A stretch of DNA of 64,000 bases from NCBI GenBank assembly GCA_963727805.1, contig CAVSHF010000003.1, forward strand, positions 1,280,001-1,344,000, given 5' to 3'. Numbering within the stretch: position 1 is the first letter of the stretch; every line of letters starts with the position of its first letter. The notes under the pieces are model-generated. The model worked only from the letters and a program-made list of their open reading frames with translations, was not told where the DNA came from and searched no databases. The position numbers and the translations under genes are program-made. Below, one piece after another: positions 9,269-19,199 of this stretch. The stretch comes from an uncultured Nitrospiraceae bacterium. Lineage in GTDB: Bacteria; Nitrospirota; Thermodesulfovibrionia; Thermodesulfovibrionales; Dissulfurispiraceae.

Positions 9269-11091
9269 AGCAACTCCTTTACCTTTTTGATAATCGCCTC
9301 TTTCGATATGTCCTCGAATAAGAGTAACTCTTCCGGCTTCCCGCTTTTCGGCATCTTCCGAACGGCGAGGGAATGCACGGCAGTGCCGGAGAGCGCGCTT
9401 CTCACAGCCTCACCTATACCGCCTTCTGATGCATGGTCTTCTACCGTTATGATCGCTTTGGTTGTCCTGGCGGCCTCTCTGAGGGTCGCTTCATCGAGCG
9501 GTTTGATGCTGTAAAGATCGATAACCCTCACTGCTATATTCTCTTTCATCAACTCTTCATATGCCTTTATTGATTCATGGAGGGTTACACCTGCCGCGAT
9601 TATCGTCACAGTATCAGCATCGCTCCGCTTTACAACCTTGCTTCCTCCTATGGCAAATAGTTCATCATTGTCATAGAGTATCGGGGTCTTCATTCTGGTA
9701 GTCCTGATATATACCATCCCCTTGTGCCTAGCAGCCTCTTCGACAAGCTTTTCGGTAGTCACGGCATCTGAAGGGTAGAGCACCACGCAGTCCTTGACTG
9801 TCCTGAACATGGCAATATCCTCGAGCCCCATTTGTGAAGGCCCGTCCTCGCCAATGGATACACCCGCGTGGGAACCGCAAAATTTGATGTTGGCGCGGGA
9901 ATATTGGCTCATACGTATCTGGTCAAAAGCCCGTGTAAAGAAGGCCGCAAAAGTAGAGACAAATGGGACCTTTCCCCTGCGCGCAAACCCGAGAGCCGCA
10001 CCGGCCATGTTCTGTTCTGCGATATACATTTCAAAAAACCTTTCGGGATAGGCATCCATGAATATCTCAGAGTAGGTTGAGTTACTCACTTCTCCATCCA
10101 GAACGACCATGTCGGGGAATTGGGGAAACAATCTTTTTAAAGCATGACCGTATGCCTCGCGAGTTGCGAAGGGCTTGTTCTTATCGTAAGAAATCGCAAC
10201 TGCCTCAATAGGAGCTTTCTTTTCAGCGCACTGGTCTTCAGGTTGGTCAATCTCCCCGATGACGGACATATCGACCGCGCCCAGTTCTCCAAGTGCAGTC
10301 TGAAACTCATCACGGTTGAGGGCCTTTCCATGCCAGCCGTTTTTGTCTTCGAGGAACGAAACTCCCTTCCCTTTTATAGTCCCGGCTATAATCATGATGG
10401 GTTTAGTCCGGCCCTGCGTTGCCTTCTTATACGCGTCGAGAACCTCCTCAAAATTGTGGCCGTCAATAACAATCGTATCCCAGCCGAAAGCGGAAACTCT
10501 TTTTTCATATGCTCCGAGATCGCAGCCATACATGGTTTCGCCTCTCTGCCCGAGGCGATTGACATCGATGATACCGATTAGATTGTCCAGTTTGTAATGG
10601 GCTGCAATCTGAATAGCTTCCCACTGAGACCCCTCGGCCATTTCACTGTCGCCCAGAAGCACGTAAGTCCTGTAGGCTAGCTTGTCGACATACTTTGCAT
10701 TCAATGCCTCGCCCACCCCGATTGGAAGTCCCTGTCCGAGGGAACCGGTGGCGGCCTCGGTGTATTGAAATGCAACTGCTGGATGACCTTCGAGGACGCT
10801 GCCGAATTTCCTGTAAGACTTTAGGTCCTGCTCGCCGAGCCTTCCCGCAGCGGCCCATAAGGCATAGAAAAGTGGTGTGGCGTGCCCTTTGGAAAAAATA
10901 AGCCGATCATTATTTGGTTTATTAGGTTTATCCAGGTCGAATCTGAAGACGCCCCCAAAAAGCAGACCAGTCATTAGCTCCGTCGCGGAAAGACTCGAGG
11001 TTGGATGGCCCGAACCCGCTTCTGTTGTCGAAAGAAGAATGTAATAACGGATAAGCCGGGCAATTTTTTCGAGAACTGCGATATCGTCCAT
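9265..11091 (-). CDS. tkt: Transketolase
   Basis: SGHPTSSLS, SKGHA, GSLGQG, TPP motif GDSEMAEG, IAEQNM, GEDGPSQ. Confidence 0.95.
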   Translation of the reverse strand: MDDIAVLEKIARLIRYYILLSTTEAGSGHPTSSLSATELMTGLLFGGVFRFDLDKPNKPNNDRLIFSKGHATPLFYALWAAAGRLGEQDLKSYRKFGSVLEGHPAVAFQYTEAATGSLGQGLPIGVGEALNAKYVDKLAYRTYVLLGDSEMAEGSQWEAIQIAAHYKLDNLIGIIDVNRLGQRGETMYGCDLGAYEKRVSAFGWDTIVIDGHNFEEVLDAYKKATQGRTKPIMIIAGTIKGKGVSFLEDKNGWHGKALNRDEFQTALGELGAVDMSVIGEIDQPEDQCAEKKAPIEAVAISYDKNKPFATREAYGHALKRLFPQFPDMVVLDGEVSNSTYSEIFMDAYPERFFEMYIAEQNMAGAALGFARRGKVPFVSTFAAFFTRAFDQIRMSQYSRANIKFCGSHAGVSIGEDGPSQMGLEDIAMFRTVKDCVVLYPSDAVTTEKLVEEAARHKGMVYIRTTRMKTPILYDNDELFAIGGSKVVKRSDADTVTIIAAGVTLHESIKAYEELMKENIAVRVIDLYSIKPLDEATLREAARTTKAIITVEDHASEGGIGEAVRSALSGTAVHSLAVRKMPKSGKPEELLLFEDISKEAIIKKVKELL

Positions 11092-11263
11092 CGAATGTCT
11101 CCTTTTACATATGATTAGTCTGCATCCGTATTTTTCCTATGCGGTTTCATCCCTCTGCTATAGTCAATATGTCTTAAATAAGTATATGGGTTTAAAGACC
11201 CAATACCAAGAGAGCACCCAGAGTCGTCTCAAGCATGTCATCACACTATTTCTCTTTAAGTGC

Positions 11264-12565
11264 CTACTCCTCAAGGAACTCGTCTCTTGAAGTCACAAGG
11301 ACAATGCCCTGTCCCGGCCTGAGGTCGTAAATAAAGGGAGACGGGATGGAGTCGAGCTGATATTCCGGAGAGATATCGACAGGTGCAGCTCCTGACTGGA
11401 GGTAATGGCCAATGTTTTCGACGTTAAAATGCTGATAGTTGTCAATATCCTTATTGAGGATAATCAGGGACTCCTCCTTCGTGCCTACCGATGCTTTCCA
11501 TATGAAAAGCACTTTCGAATTGTCGCAGTGAAAGACCATCGCAGGCCCATCCTCTTGGAAAATGCCTCGTGAGGCTTTAGTCCTGTTGACCTTCGCGATG
11601 AAGGAAGTCAGATCGATGCCCGTCTCTTCCCAATCTTCTGGCCGTGTCTTTACTACATGCATCCTCTTACGGAAGCCGAATTCGTAACCCATAGGCATCA
11701 TGACGCCACCGGAAAAGAGGGCTGCGAAAAGATAGCGCTGCTTTAGCACTTTGATATTGCCGTTCAGTTCTTCGCAGAGCCTTACTGTATCGTGGCTTTC
11801 AGGAAAGCTGATGGAAGGTGCGATGTCTCGCGTCAAAGCATACTGCTGCATAAGCCATGGGCTGTTGAAGTCCCACCACTTGGAACTGTTAAAGATATAA
11901 TCAAAACCAGCAGAGGCGGTTTTTCTTGTAAGGTCGGGCGTACAGCCGAGAGTCTCGGCGAAAAAAAGCACATCCCCATGATTCATTCGTATCTCGTCGA
12001 TAAGCCTTTTCCAAAGGCTCCTCGGCACCTGGTATGCCGCATCACACCGGAACCCCCTAAACCCGAGGGCTATCAGATATTCCACTACCTTCAGGCAATA
12101 GTCGTAGAGCCCTTCTTTATCGCGTGTTTCCCTATGATCGAATTTTGCTAGATCTGTCCAGACTACTTTCTTCCCATTTTCGTCCGCATCGGGATGGGCG
12201 ATATGGGCTCCCACCCAGACGAACCATTCGGGGTGTGATCTGAGCAAGCCCGAATCGACCGAACAGTGATTGATAACGAGGTCCACCATCATTTTCAGGC
12301 CGAGTCTTTCCGCTGATTCAATCATCTCTTTTACCTGTTCTTCGGCTGATCGTGCACTTTCGGCGTCGACCATGAGGGGATTGAAATCAAAGTAATCAGC
12401 TATCGAATAAAGGCTTCCCGAACTGCCAGTGCGTTGAATAGGATTCACAAATACCCAGTTAAACCCCATTTCTGCGACACGCGTCAAGTGCTTTTCCCAT
12501 GCCGTAACCCTACCCGCAAGTAGAGGGAATAGATTGTAAATAATCATTTTTTCAGGTTTTTTCAT
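11264..12565 (-). CDS. GH13 alpha-amylase-family glycoside hydrolase
   Basis: DLVINH, GFRCDAAY nucleophile, FAETLG, ESHDT. Start placed at MKKPEK after RBS GAGGTGG; the longer track ORF overlaps the upstream gene. Confidence 0.85.
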   Translation of the reverse strand: MKKPEKMIIYNLFPLLAGRVTAWEKHLTRVAEMGFNWVFVNPIQRTGSSGSLYSIADYFDFNPLMVDAESARSAEEQVKEMIESAERLGLKMMVDLVINHCSVDSGLLRSHPEWFVWVGAHIAHPDADENGKKVVWTDLAKFDHRETRDKEGLYDYCLKVVEYLIALGFRGFRCDAAYQVPRSLWKRLIDEIRMNHGDVLFFAETLGCTPDLTRKTASAGFDYIFNSSKWWDFNSPWLMQQYALTRDIAPSISFPESHDTVRLCEELNGNIKVLKQRYLFAALFSGGVMMPMGYEFGFRKRMHVVKTRPEDWEETGIDLTSFIAKVNRTKASRGIFQEDGPAMVFHCDNSKVLFIWKASVGTKEESLIILNKDIDNYQHFNVENIGHYLQSGAAPVDISPEYQLDSIPSPFIYDLRPGQGIVLVTSRDEFLEE

Positions 12566-13508
12566 TATCCACCTCTTTTTGCGAACCTTTATGATAAGCT
12601 GATGATTCTTGTGCAGCCCCGCTAATTTTTTTAACGACACCATCCGCCACTTGAGGAATGCCGATCGATAAGGAATCAATAATCTCAAGTAGCCTAGAAC
12701 GGGATGTGTTAAGTAGGCTCGGAGGGATCGGCCATTGTTCAAGGATAACGCAGCCAGTAAAATGACGTTGCTGCAGTCGCTTGAAAAGTCCCATGATGCC
12801 TGAGGGATCTCTCCCCGACGGTCCAGTAAAAAGAGGAAGATGACTGTCATAATCCCCATAATTTTCGTGCATGTGGAGATGAATGATGGGCACATCAGGC
12901 CCAATTAGGTCAACGTAACGGAGATAATCGTTCCGTGTAGTGTGACAAAGATTAGCATGTCCGAGATCAAGGCAGAGACCCACGCTATCGGCAGATATAA
13001 CGCCTGGCTCACGGAGCCGCCTGAAAAGCTCGTTGATATCCGCAGGAGTGGTGTCGATCGTGTTTTCGATAGAAAGTTTTATTCCGGCCTCAACAAGTTG
13101 ATTTATAATTGGCGTAATTGTCTCATAATAAACGCGGAGTCCCCCATTCGTGGAGAGATGGATATTGAAAAGCGACGCGCCGATATCCTGCGCAAATTCT
13201 ATCGTCTCATAAATAGACTTGTCGCCCGGGGGGTTCAGAGGAATGGTACGCGATGATGCATGGACAGTCAAACAGACGTCATTGCTGCGGGCGGCTTCCT
13301 TTATGACTGATCGCTTTTCAGCCGAAATATCGCCCTCCATCCAGCCTGCACCTGAGGCTTTTTTGTCAGGGAACCACTCGAAGGCGTCGAAGCCATTCAC
13401 GACGGCGTATTCGAAAGGCTGCATTATGTTCTGAACAGTATAAGCGGTCTGGTTGCCGATCCTGATTCGAACAGTTTCTTCCATATCGAATTGTCCCTGA
13501 GATCCCAT
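12552..13508 (-). CDS. Sugar phosphate isomerase/epimerase (xylose-isomerase-like TIM barrel)
   Basis: IEN, LCLDLGHAN, HLHMHENYGDYDSHL, ILEQW metal-ligand pattern. Confidence 0.8.
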   Translation of the reverse strand: MGSQGQFDMEETVRIRIGNQTAYTVQNIMQPFEYAVVNGFDAFEWFPDKKASGAGWMEGDISAEKRSVIKEAARSNDVCLTVHASSRTIPLNPPGDKSIYETIEFAQDIGASLFNIHLSTNGGLRVYYETITPIINQLVEAGIKLSIENTIDTTPADINELFRRLREPGVISADSVGLCLDLGHANLCHTTRNDYLRYVDLIGPDVPIIHLHMHENYGDYDSHLPLFTGPSGRDPSGIMGLFKRLQQRHFTGCVILEQWPIPPSLLNTSRSRLLEIIDSLSIGIPQVADGVVKKISGAAQESSAYHKGSQKEVDNEKT

Positions 13509-13822
13509 CCTCTCCCTCCGACGTGACGGAACGTCTGCACCACCTACGGGCTGGAAACAGGCGCATCAGGATGCCGTCGAACAACCTGCCCCTTTATCCG
13601 GATGTGAAAGCAGCCTTGCTCCCATGTATATAAAATATGCTGTTTATTCAAATTCATGCAAATTTTCATGGAGCTTGAGGAGACATAAGGATTTTTTCAT
13701 CTCTTGATTTTCGGTATCATCTGTCATAATAAATTCGTTCTGTCAACCGGACGTAGTAGCGGCAATATATGAATAAAGAGGAGGTAATGAGAGTGAAATC
13801 GTGATCGACCGATCCCGTCTAC

Positions 13823-14528
13823 ATGGAAAACATGCTCGAAGGCATAAAGAAAGACCTTGGCAAACTCAGTAACCCTGCAAAGGCTAAATACCTCCCGCGA
13901 TTCCAAAACCCTTCCGGGTGGTTATGCTAAGGGGGATATCTTCATCGGTGTCACTGTGCCAAACGTTCGCGCAGTGGCTAGAAAATACAGCAATCTGCCT
14001 CTTTCGCAGGCAAGGCACTTGCTGCGATCAAGGGTGCACGAACACAGGCTGGCAGCGCTTTTGATCCGCGTGGACTGTTTCAGGCGGTCCGGCGGACCTG
14101 AAAGAGAAAAAATCGCCGCTTTTTATCTGGATAATCTGTGCCACGTAAATAACTGGGATCTGGTAGATCTATCGGCGGACAAGATTCTCGGGAACTTTCT
14201 CTTCGATAAAGACCGAAGCATTTATACACCCTCTGCCGGTCGGACCAACTCTGGAGGCAGCGCGTTTCGATCATGTCAACCTTCTTTCATTCGTCACGGT
14301 CAATTTGATGACACATTTCGGCTAGCAGAGCAATTGCTTTCGCACAAACACGATCTCATTCATAAAGCGACAGGATGGATGCTTCGCGAGGTAGGCAAAA
14401 GGGACAAGAAAGCTGAAGAGAATTTCCTGAAAAAACATTACCACATAATGCCTCGAACCATGCTCAGGTATGCAATTGAAAAGTTCGACCCCAAGGAGCG
14501 AGAGAGCTATCTGAAAGGACTTGTCTGA
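13823..14528 (+). pseudogene. DNA alkylation repair protein (AlkD family), frameshifted
   Basis: GDIFIGVTVP, VNNWDLVD, DLIHKATGWMLREVGK, MPRTMLRYAIEK. The N-terminus (MENMLEGIKKDL...KAKYLPRF) and an internal segment (LYTLCRSDQLWRQRVSIMSTF) lie in a different frame from the track ORF. Confidence 0.8.
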
Positions 14529-14802
14529 TATACTCATGAATATAGCACTACAGTTCGCCAGCGACTCCATACAGCCCTCACATAAACCGAATCGTGCCTG
14601 CCATACATTTCGCTAAGAATCGACTGTCCCACAATCCAGAACTAGGGAACTCTTGCTTTCTAGCAACTTTTTCAAGGGAGGCAGCTTCAATCAGTATAAC
14701 TGGCTGAATCGTCCGTGACCTGTGCAGCATTTGACTTTCAGTACGGAAGGCTCGATAATCAAAATATCAGCAATTCTCTATTGCCGCGGGAGGGCGGAAG
14801 AA

Positions 14803-16200
14803 ATGAACGCATACCGTATTGAAGAAGATTCCATGGGGAAGGTCAATATACCATCAGGCGCTTTGTACGGGGCACAGACACAGCGGGCCATCGAGAATTT
14901 TCTTATCAGCGACCTGCACCTGCCGCACAGTTTTATTAAGGCGCTGGCCTTAATAAAAGACTGCGCCGCTCGGACAAATGCCGAATTGGGACTTCTTGAT
15001 CACGGTATCAGCAATGCTATAGCAGCAGCTGCAAACGAGGTTTTCGAGGGCAAATGGGTCGACGATTTCCCCATCGATGTATTCCAGACGGGCTCAGGCA
15101 CCTCCTCGAATATGAACGTCAATGAGGTGATTGCCAACCGGGCAGCACAGATACTCGACTTTGAGGTCGGGTCGAAAAGAGTCCATCCTAATGACCATGT
15201 AAATCTTTGCCAATCCTCGAATGACATTATCCCAACCGCAATTCACGTAAGCGCGCTGCTCCAAATACAGGAGATACTCATGCCCGGCCTGTCACACTTG
15301 CATTCGACGCTCATCAAGCGTGCTGTTGAATGCGATAACATCGTAAAAACTGGAAGGACACACCTGATGGATGCGTTACCGCTGCTTTTAAGTCAGGAAA
15401 TTGGTGGATGGGCTTATCAGATATCCTGGAGTATCGAGCGGATTGAGTCGTGTTTCCCCCGTCTTGCAAAACTAGCGATCGGAGGGACAGCTGTTGGCAC
15501 CGGAATAAATGCTCATCCCGAATTTGCTAACCGGGTAATAGAAAAGCTGAACGATCGGACGGGACTCGTCTTTGCCGAAACGGATAATCACTTTGCAGCG
15601 CAGGCTTCGATGGAGACGGTCGTCGAGTTGAGCGGGCATCTGAAGGCAGTGGCAGCGGCACTTTCAAAGATCTCGAATGATCTGCGCTGGATGAACAGCG
15701 GACCTGTCGCCGGACTTTCAGAGATATCCCTGCCAGCTCTCCAACCGGGATCAAGCATTATGCCGGGGAAGGTGAATCCAGTTATCTGCGAATCGGTGTT
15801 AATGGCATGTGCCCAGGTGATTGGCAACGATGCATCGATAGCGATATGCGCCAATCTCGGCAACTTTGAACTGAACACTGCGTTGCCTCTGATGGCTTAT
15901 AACATCCTTCAGTCAATAACTCTGCTCGGCAATGGAGCAACACTTCTTGCCGATAAGGCGGTTGCCGGATTCACGGTAAATGCCGAACATATCTCCGAAT
16001 TTCTCAATCGCAATCCGATACTCATTACAGTTCTCGCTCCGAAAATCGGCTATGACAAGGCTGCCCGGATCGCACAACGCGCCTTCAATGAGAAGAGGTC
16101 CATTAGGGAAATTGCATCGGAAGAACTGAAGATGCCGAAAGAGGAAATAGCGCGCATACTCGAACCGCTGAGGATGGTCCAAAAGGGTATTATCGGCTGA
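14803..16200 (+). CDS. fumC: Class II fumarate hydratase
   Basis: RIEEDSMG, QTGSGTSSNMN, HPNDHVN, KTGRTHLMDA, signature GSSIMPGKVNP. Confidence 0.92.
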   Translation: MNAYRIEEDSMGKVNIPSGALYGAQTQRAIENFLISDLHLPHSFIKALALIKDCAARTNAELGLLDHGISNAIAAAANEVFEGKWVDDFPIDVFQTGSGTSSNMNVNEVIANRAAQILDFEVGSKRVHPNDHVNLCQSSNDIIPTAIHVSALLQIQEILMPGLSHLHSTLIKRAVECDNIVKTGRTHLMDALPLLLSQEIGGWAYQISWSIERIESCFPRLAKLAIGGTAVGTGINAHPEFANRVIEKLNDRTGLVFAETDNHFAAQASMETVVELSGHLKAVAAALSKISNDLRWMNSGPVAGLSEISLPALQPGSSIMPGKVNPVICESVLMACAQVIGNDASIAICANLGNFELNTALPLMAYNILQSITLLGNGATLLADKAVAGFTVNAEHISEFLNRNPILITVLAPKIGYDKAARIAQRAFNEKRSIREIASEELKMPKEEIARILEPLRMVQKGIIG

Positions 16201-16435
16201 TAAGACAATTTAGCCAGGGGCACCTGACGCATCTGTCGCCGGCTTCTCAACCAACTATTCACTTTGATAAACGGCTTTTTATGAAACCTTGAATTGACAA
16301 TAATAAGCGTACCATTTATTTAGCTGAACACCTATCTCGGAAGGATTTGCATCAACTAAATAAGGAGAACTGCAAACAAAGATATTTGCCACGTGCAAGT
16401 GCTGTTTTCTTTCATCTCCGTAATGGCTTCAGAAA

Positions 16436-16732
16436 TTGGCGGACTTCTCAGTTATCAAAGAAGCAGGTAAACTTCAGGTTCTTTTAGCGGCAGGCAATGA
16501 ACTGAACTTGATAGATACCGAGCGCCATCTGCTTCTGCGCGCCCTCGAAAAAACGTCCCGGAATCAGATGAAAGCGGCCGCCGTGCTCGGCATCTCCCGC
16601 AACCGGCTTCGAACTGAGACGAAAAACCACGGGTTCCTGCAGGAAGAACAGTGTGAAATTCCGCAGAGCTCTGTTTCTACAGGCATACTAGAGGTAGTCA
16701 TGTCAGTCGATATCCTTAGGAAGTTTGAATAG
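16436..16732 (+). pseudogene. Isolated Fis-type HTH, probably the C-terminal remnant of a sigma54 activator
   Basis: ERHLLLRALEKTSRNQMKAAAVLGISRNRLR. No AAA+ or receiver domain upstream. Confidence 0.55.
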
Positions 16733-16799
16733 TTCAACTAAGCTTCATTCTACCGCAAAGTCGCAGAAGCACTCCTGAAGAACTCAGCCGTTGCACTGA

Positions 16800-18962
16800 C
16801 TATGATATCAGGTCGCTTTGTACAGGTATTGTGAAATAAAATGTCGAACCACTGCCCGATTTTGAATCTGCCCAGATCCCTCCACCATGGCGCTCTACGA
16901 CCTTCTTGCAGATTGCCAAGCCTATTCCGGTTCCTGGGTATTTTTTCCTGTCGTGAAGACGCTGAAAAATTAAAAAAATGCGCCCAAAATATTCAGGCTC
17001 TATGCCGATACCGTTATCACGGATGGAAAAGACCCATTCATCTTCTTGCTGATCAGCCGAAATATGGATACAAGGTGCCCGGTCCCCGCAAAACTTGATA
17101 GCATTACCGATAAGGTTCTGGAAAAGTTGCACAAGTTGGATGTCATCCCCCATAACTACAGGCAGCGGATCCCGCGTAACCAACGCACCGCTCTGTTTAA
17201 TAATCACCTGCAAGTTAGACAGCGCACGATCAAGCGCAACCTCACTGGATACCTGCTTGAATTGTTTTCCCCGGGACCCTACCCGCGAATAGGCAAGAAG
17301 ATCGGTGATCAACCTTTGCATACGATTCGCACCATCCACCGCATAATTGATGAAATCGTCAGCGTCCTGATCGAGTTTCCCTTTATAGCGTTTCTCCAAA
17401 AGTTGGACGAAGCTTGATACCATGCGGAGCGGTTCCTGCAAGTCGTGCGACGCTATATAGGCGAATTGTTCCAATTCTGCATTGGAACGGGCCAATTCAG
17501 CCATAGCATGTGTTAGCTTTTCCTCCGCGCGTTTGCGCTCGGTTATGTCCCTAAAAGTTACAACTGCTCCAACAAGTTTGCCGTCTTCCTTAATAGGAGT
17601 ACTGGTATATGCGACCGGAAAAGATGAATGGTCCTTTCTCCAAAAAACCTCGTCTCTCACATGATGAATAGAACCGTCCTTAATGGCTTTGTATATTGGG
17701 CATTCATCTTCTGGATATGGACTCCCATCTGCTTTTGTGTGATGACACATTGCATGGCTATGTTTATTCAGGAGTTCCTCAATTGCATATCCAAGCATTT
17801 CAGCGGCAACAGGATTAACAAAAGTATGATTCCCGTCTGAATCCAATCCGAATATCCCTTCCCCCGCTGAGTTTAAAAGCAGTTCCTTCTCAATTCTAAG
17901 TCGTTCAATTTTCTGTTCTGCATGCTTGCGCTCCTCAATTTCTAGAGATAGTTGTATATTCGAATCATTTAATTCAGCGGTTCGGTCCTTAACCCTTGTT
18001 TCCAATTCCTCTGTGAACTTCTGCAGTGAATAAATCAATTCTGATCTTTTATGTGCAAAATAAACACCTGTCAAAAGCATCATTGATGCAAAAGCAAAAA
18101 GCCCAAAGGTTATTTCCCGTAGTGGTGCGAAAGCCTCTTTCTCTAGTCTCTCAACAACTACTCCCCATCCATTTCCCTCAACCGGATGATATGCCGTAAG
18201 CATACGCTGCCCATCAGGACTTGAAAATGTCTCAACACCTGCCTTCCCTTGCTTGACTTTCTGCACCGCTGGAATACTGGAGAAATCAATAATCCGATCT
18301 ACTGTGTACTTGGGGTGGTATATTAAATTGCCATTCTTATCAACCACGTAAGCTGTCTGATTTTGTGGAGCATGTATATAAGATACTGCGTTTTTAACAT
18401 AATTCTCTTCCGGCTGCAATCCAAGAATGCCTATGATGCTATTGTCATCAGCCCTTATGGGTAAGGATATGGAAAAAACATACCTCTGAGGGGTACCAGC
18501 TCTCAGGTAAAATTCTGAGGCATAAGGCTGCCAGTTTTTGGAAACCCCTTTATACCAATCTCTCTGACTGAAATCCCTTTCAACTAACAAAGGATCATCC
18601 GGATAAACAGCAAGCAAAATGCCCCTGGAATTTGTTATAAATGCTGTCTCAATGGTGACAGAATGTTCAATATATTCCTTCAGGTGCCTTGTTATCTCTT
18701 TTCTGTCAGTACTTTTAATCGCCGCTATGAGAGATCTTCTTATGACAAGGAGATTGCCCAAGCGCACCTCGTTATCTATTTTCTCTTTTATATCATCTGC
18801 GACAGCAAGAGCAGACTGTTGGTTCTCTGTTATAACGATATCTTCAATGTAATTGGCGCTCTGAAAATAAATGAATACGGTAAGACCAATAATAGGAATC
18901 GCAGTGATGATTAATCCCGATAATATAACCCTCCATTTTTTCTGCAAAGACCATTTCTTCAT
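16800..18962 (-). CDS. Membrane sensor histidine kinase (Cache-type sensor, PAS, HisKA, HATPase)
   Basis: Two TM segments flanking a dCache-like region (RDWYKG, YVVDKNGNLIYHP), a PAS domain, H-box FAYIASHDLQEPLR, NLIGNAIK, DNGIGI, GTGIGL. Confidence 0.92.
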   Translation of the reverse strand: MKKWSLQKKWRVILSGLIITAIPIIGLTVFIYFQSANYIEDIVITENQQSALAVADDIKEKIDNEVRLGNLLVIRRSLIAAIKSTDRKEITRHLKEYIEHSVTIETAFITNSRGILLAVYPDDPLLVERDFSQRDWYKGVSKNWQPYASEFYLRAGTPQRYVFSISLPIRADDNSIIGILGLQPEENYVKNAVSYIHAPQNQTAYVVDKNGNLIYHPKYTVDRIIDFSSIPAVQKVKQGKAGVETFSSPDGQRMLTAYHPVEGNGWGVVVERLEKEAFAPLREITFGLFAFASMMLLTGVYFAHKRSELIYSLQKFTEELETRVKDRTAELNDSNIQLSLEIEERKHAEQKIERLRIEKELLLNSAGEGIFGLDSDGNHTFVNPVAAEMLGYAIEELLNKHSHAMCHHTKADGSPYPEDECPIYKAIKDGSIHHVRDEVFWRKDHSSFPVAYTSTPIKEDGKLVGAVVTFRDITERKRAEEKLTHAMAELARSNAELEQFAYIASHDLQEPLRMVSSFVQLLEKRYKGKLDQDADDFINYAVDGANRMQRLITDLLAYSRVGSRGKQFKQVSSEVALDRALSNLQVIIKQSGALVTRDPLPVVMGDDIQLVQLFQNLIGNAIKFCGDRAPCIHISADQQEDEWVFSIRDNGIGIEPEYFGRIFLIFQRLHDRKKYPGTGIGLAICKKVVERHGGGIWADSKSGSGSTFYFTIPVQSDLIS

Positions 18963-19199
18963 TTATGGATCCTGCAGCATAGAGAGTGCCTATACATTAA
19001 AGGTATCATCATTTGTCCCAAAGTTAATTGTTGATCTTGATCTGCAATCGTCACATCTTAGCACACTTCGAAATCTGAATCATTGTCACTCCTGATTTTA
19101 CAGATCGTTATGCCATGAATGACATGCTTGAATTGGTGATTTCTCACGGTTTGACGTCCACCTCTTCAACTTATATTGCCCACCTGACTAGTCGATTGT

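Noticed and set aside
12566..12904. N-terminal extension of the GH13 ORF in the track
   Set aside because: Overlaps the TIM-barrel gene. The RBS supports a start at 12565.
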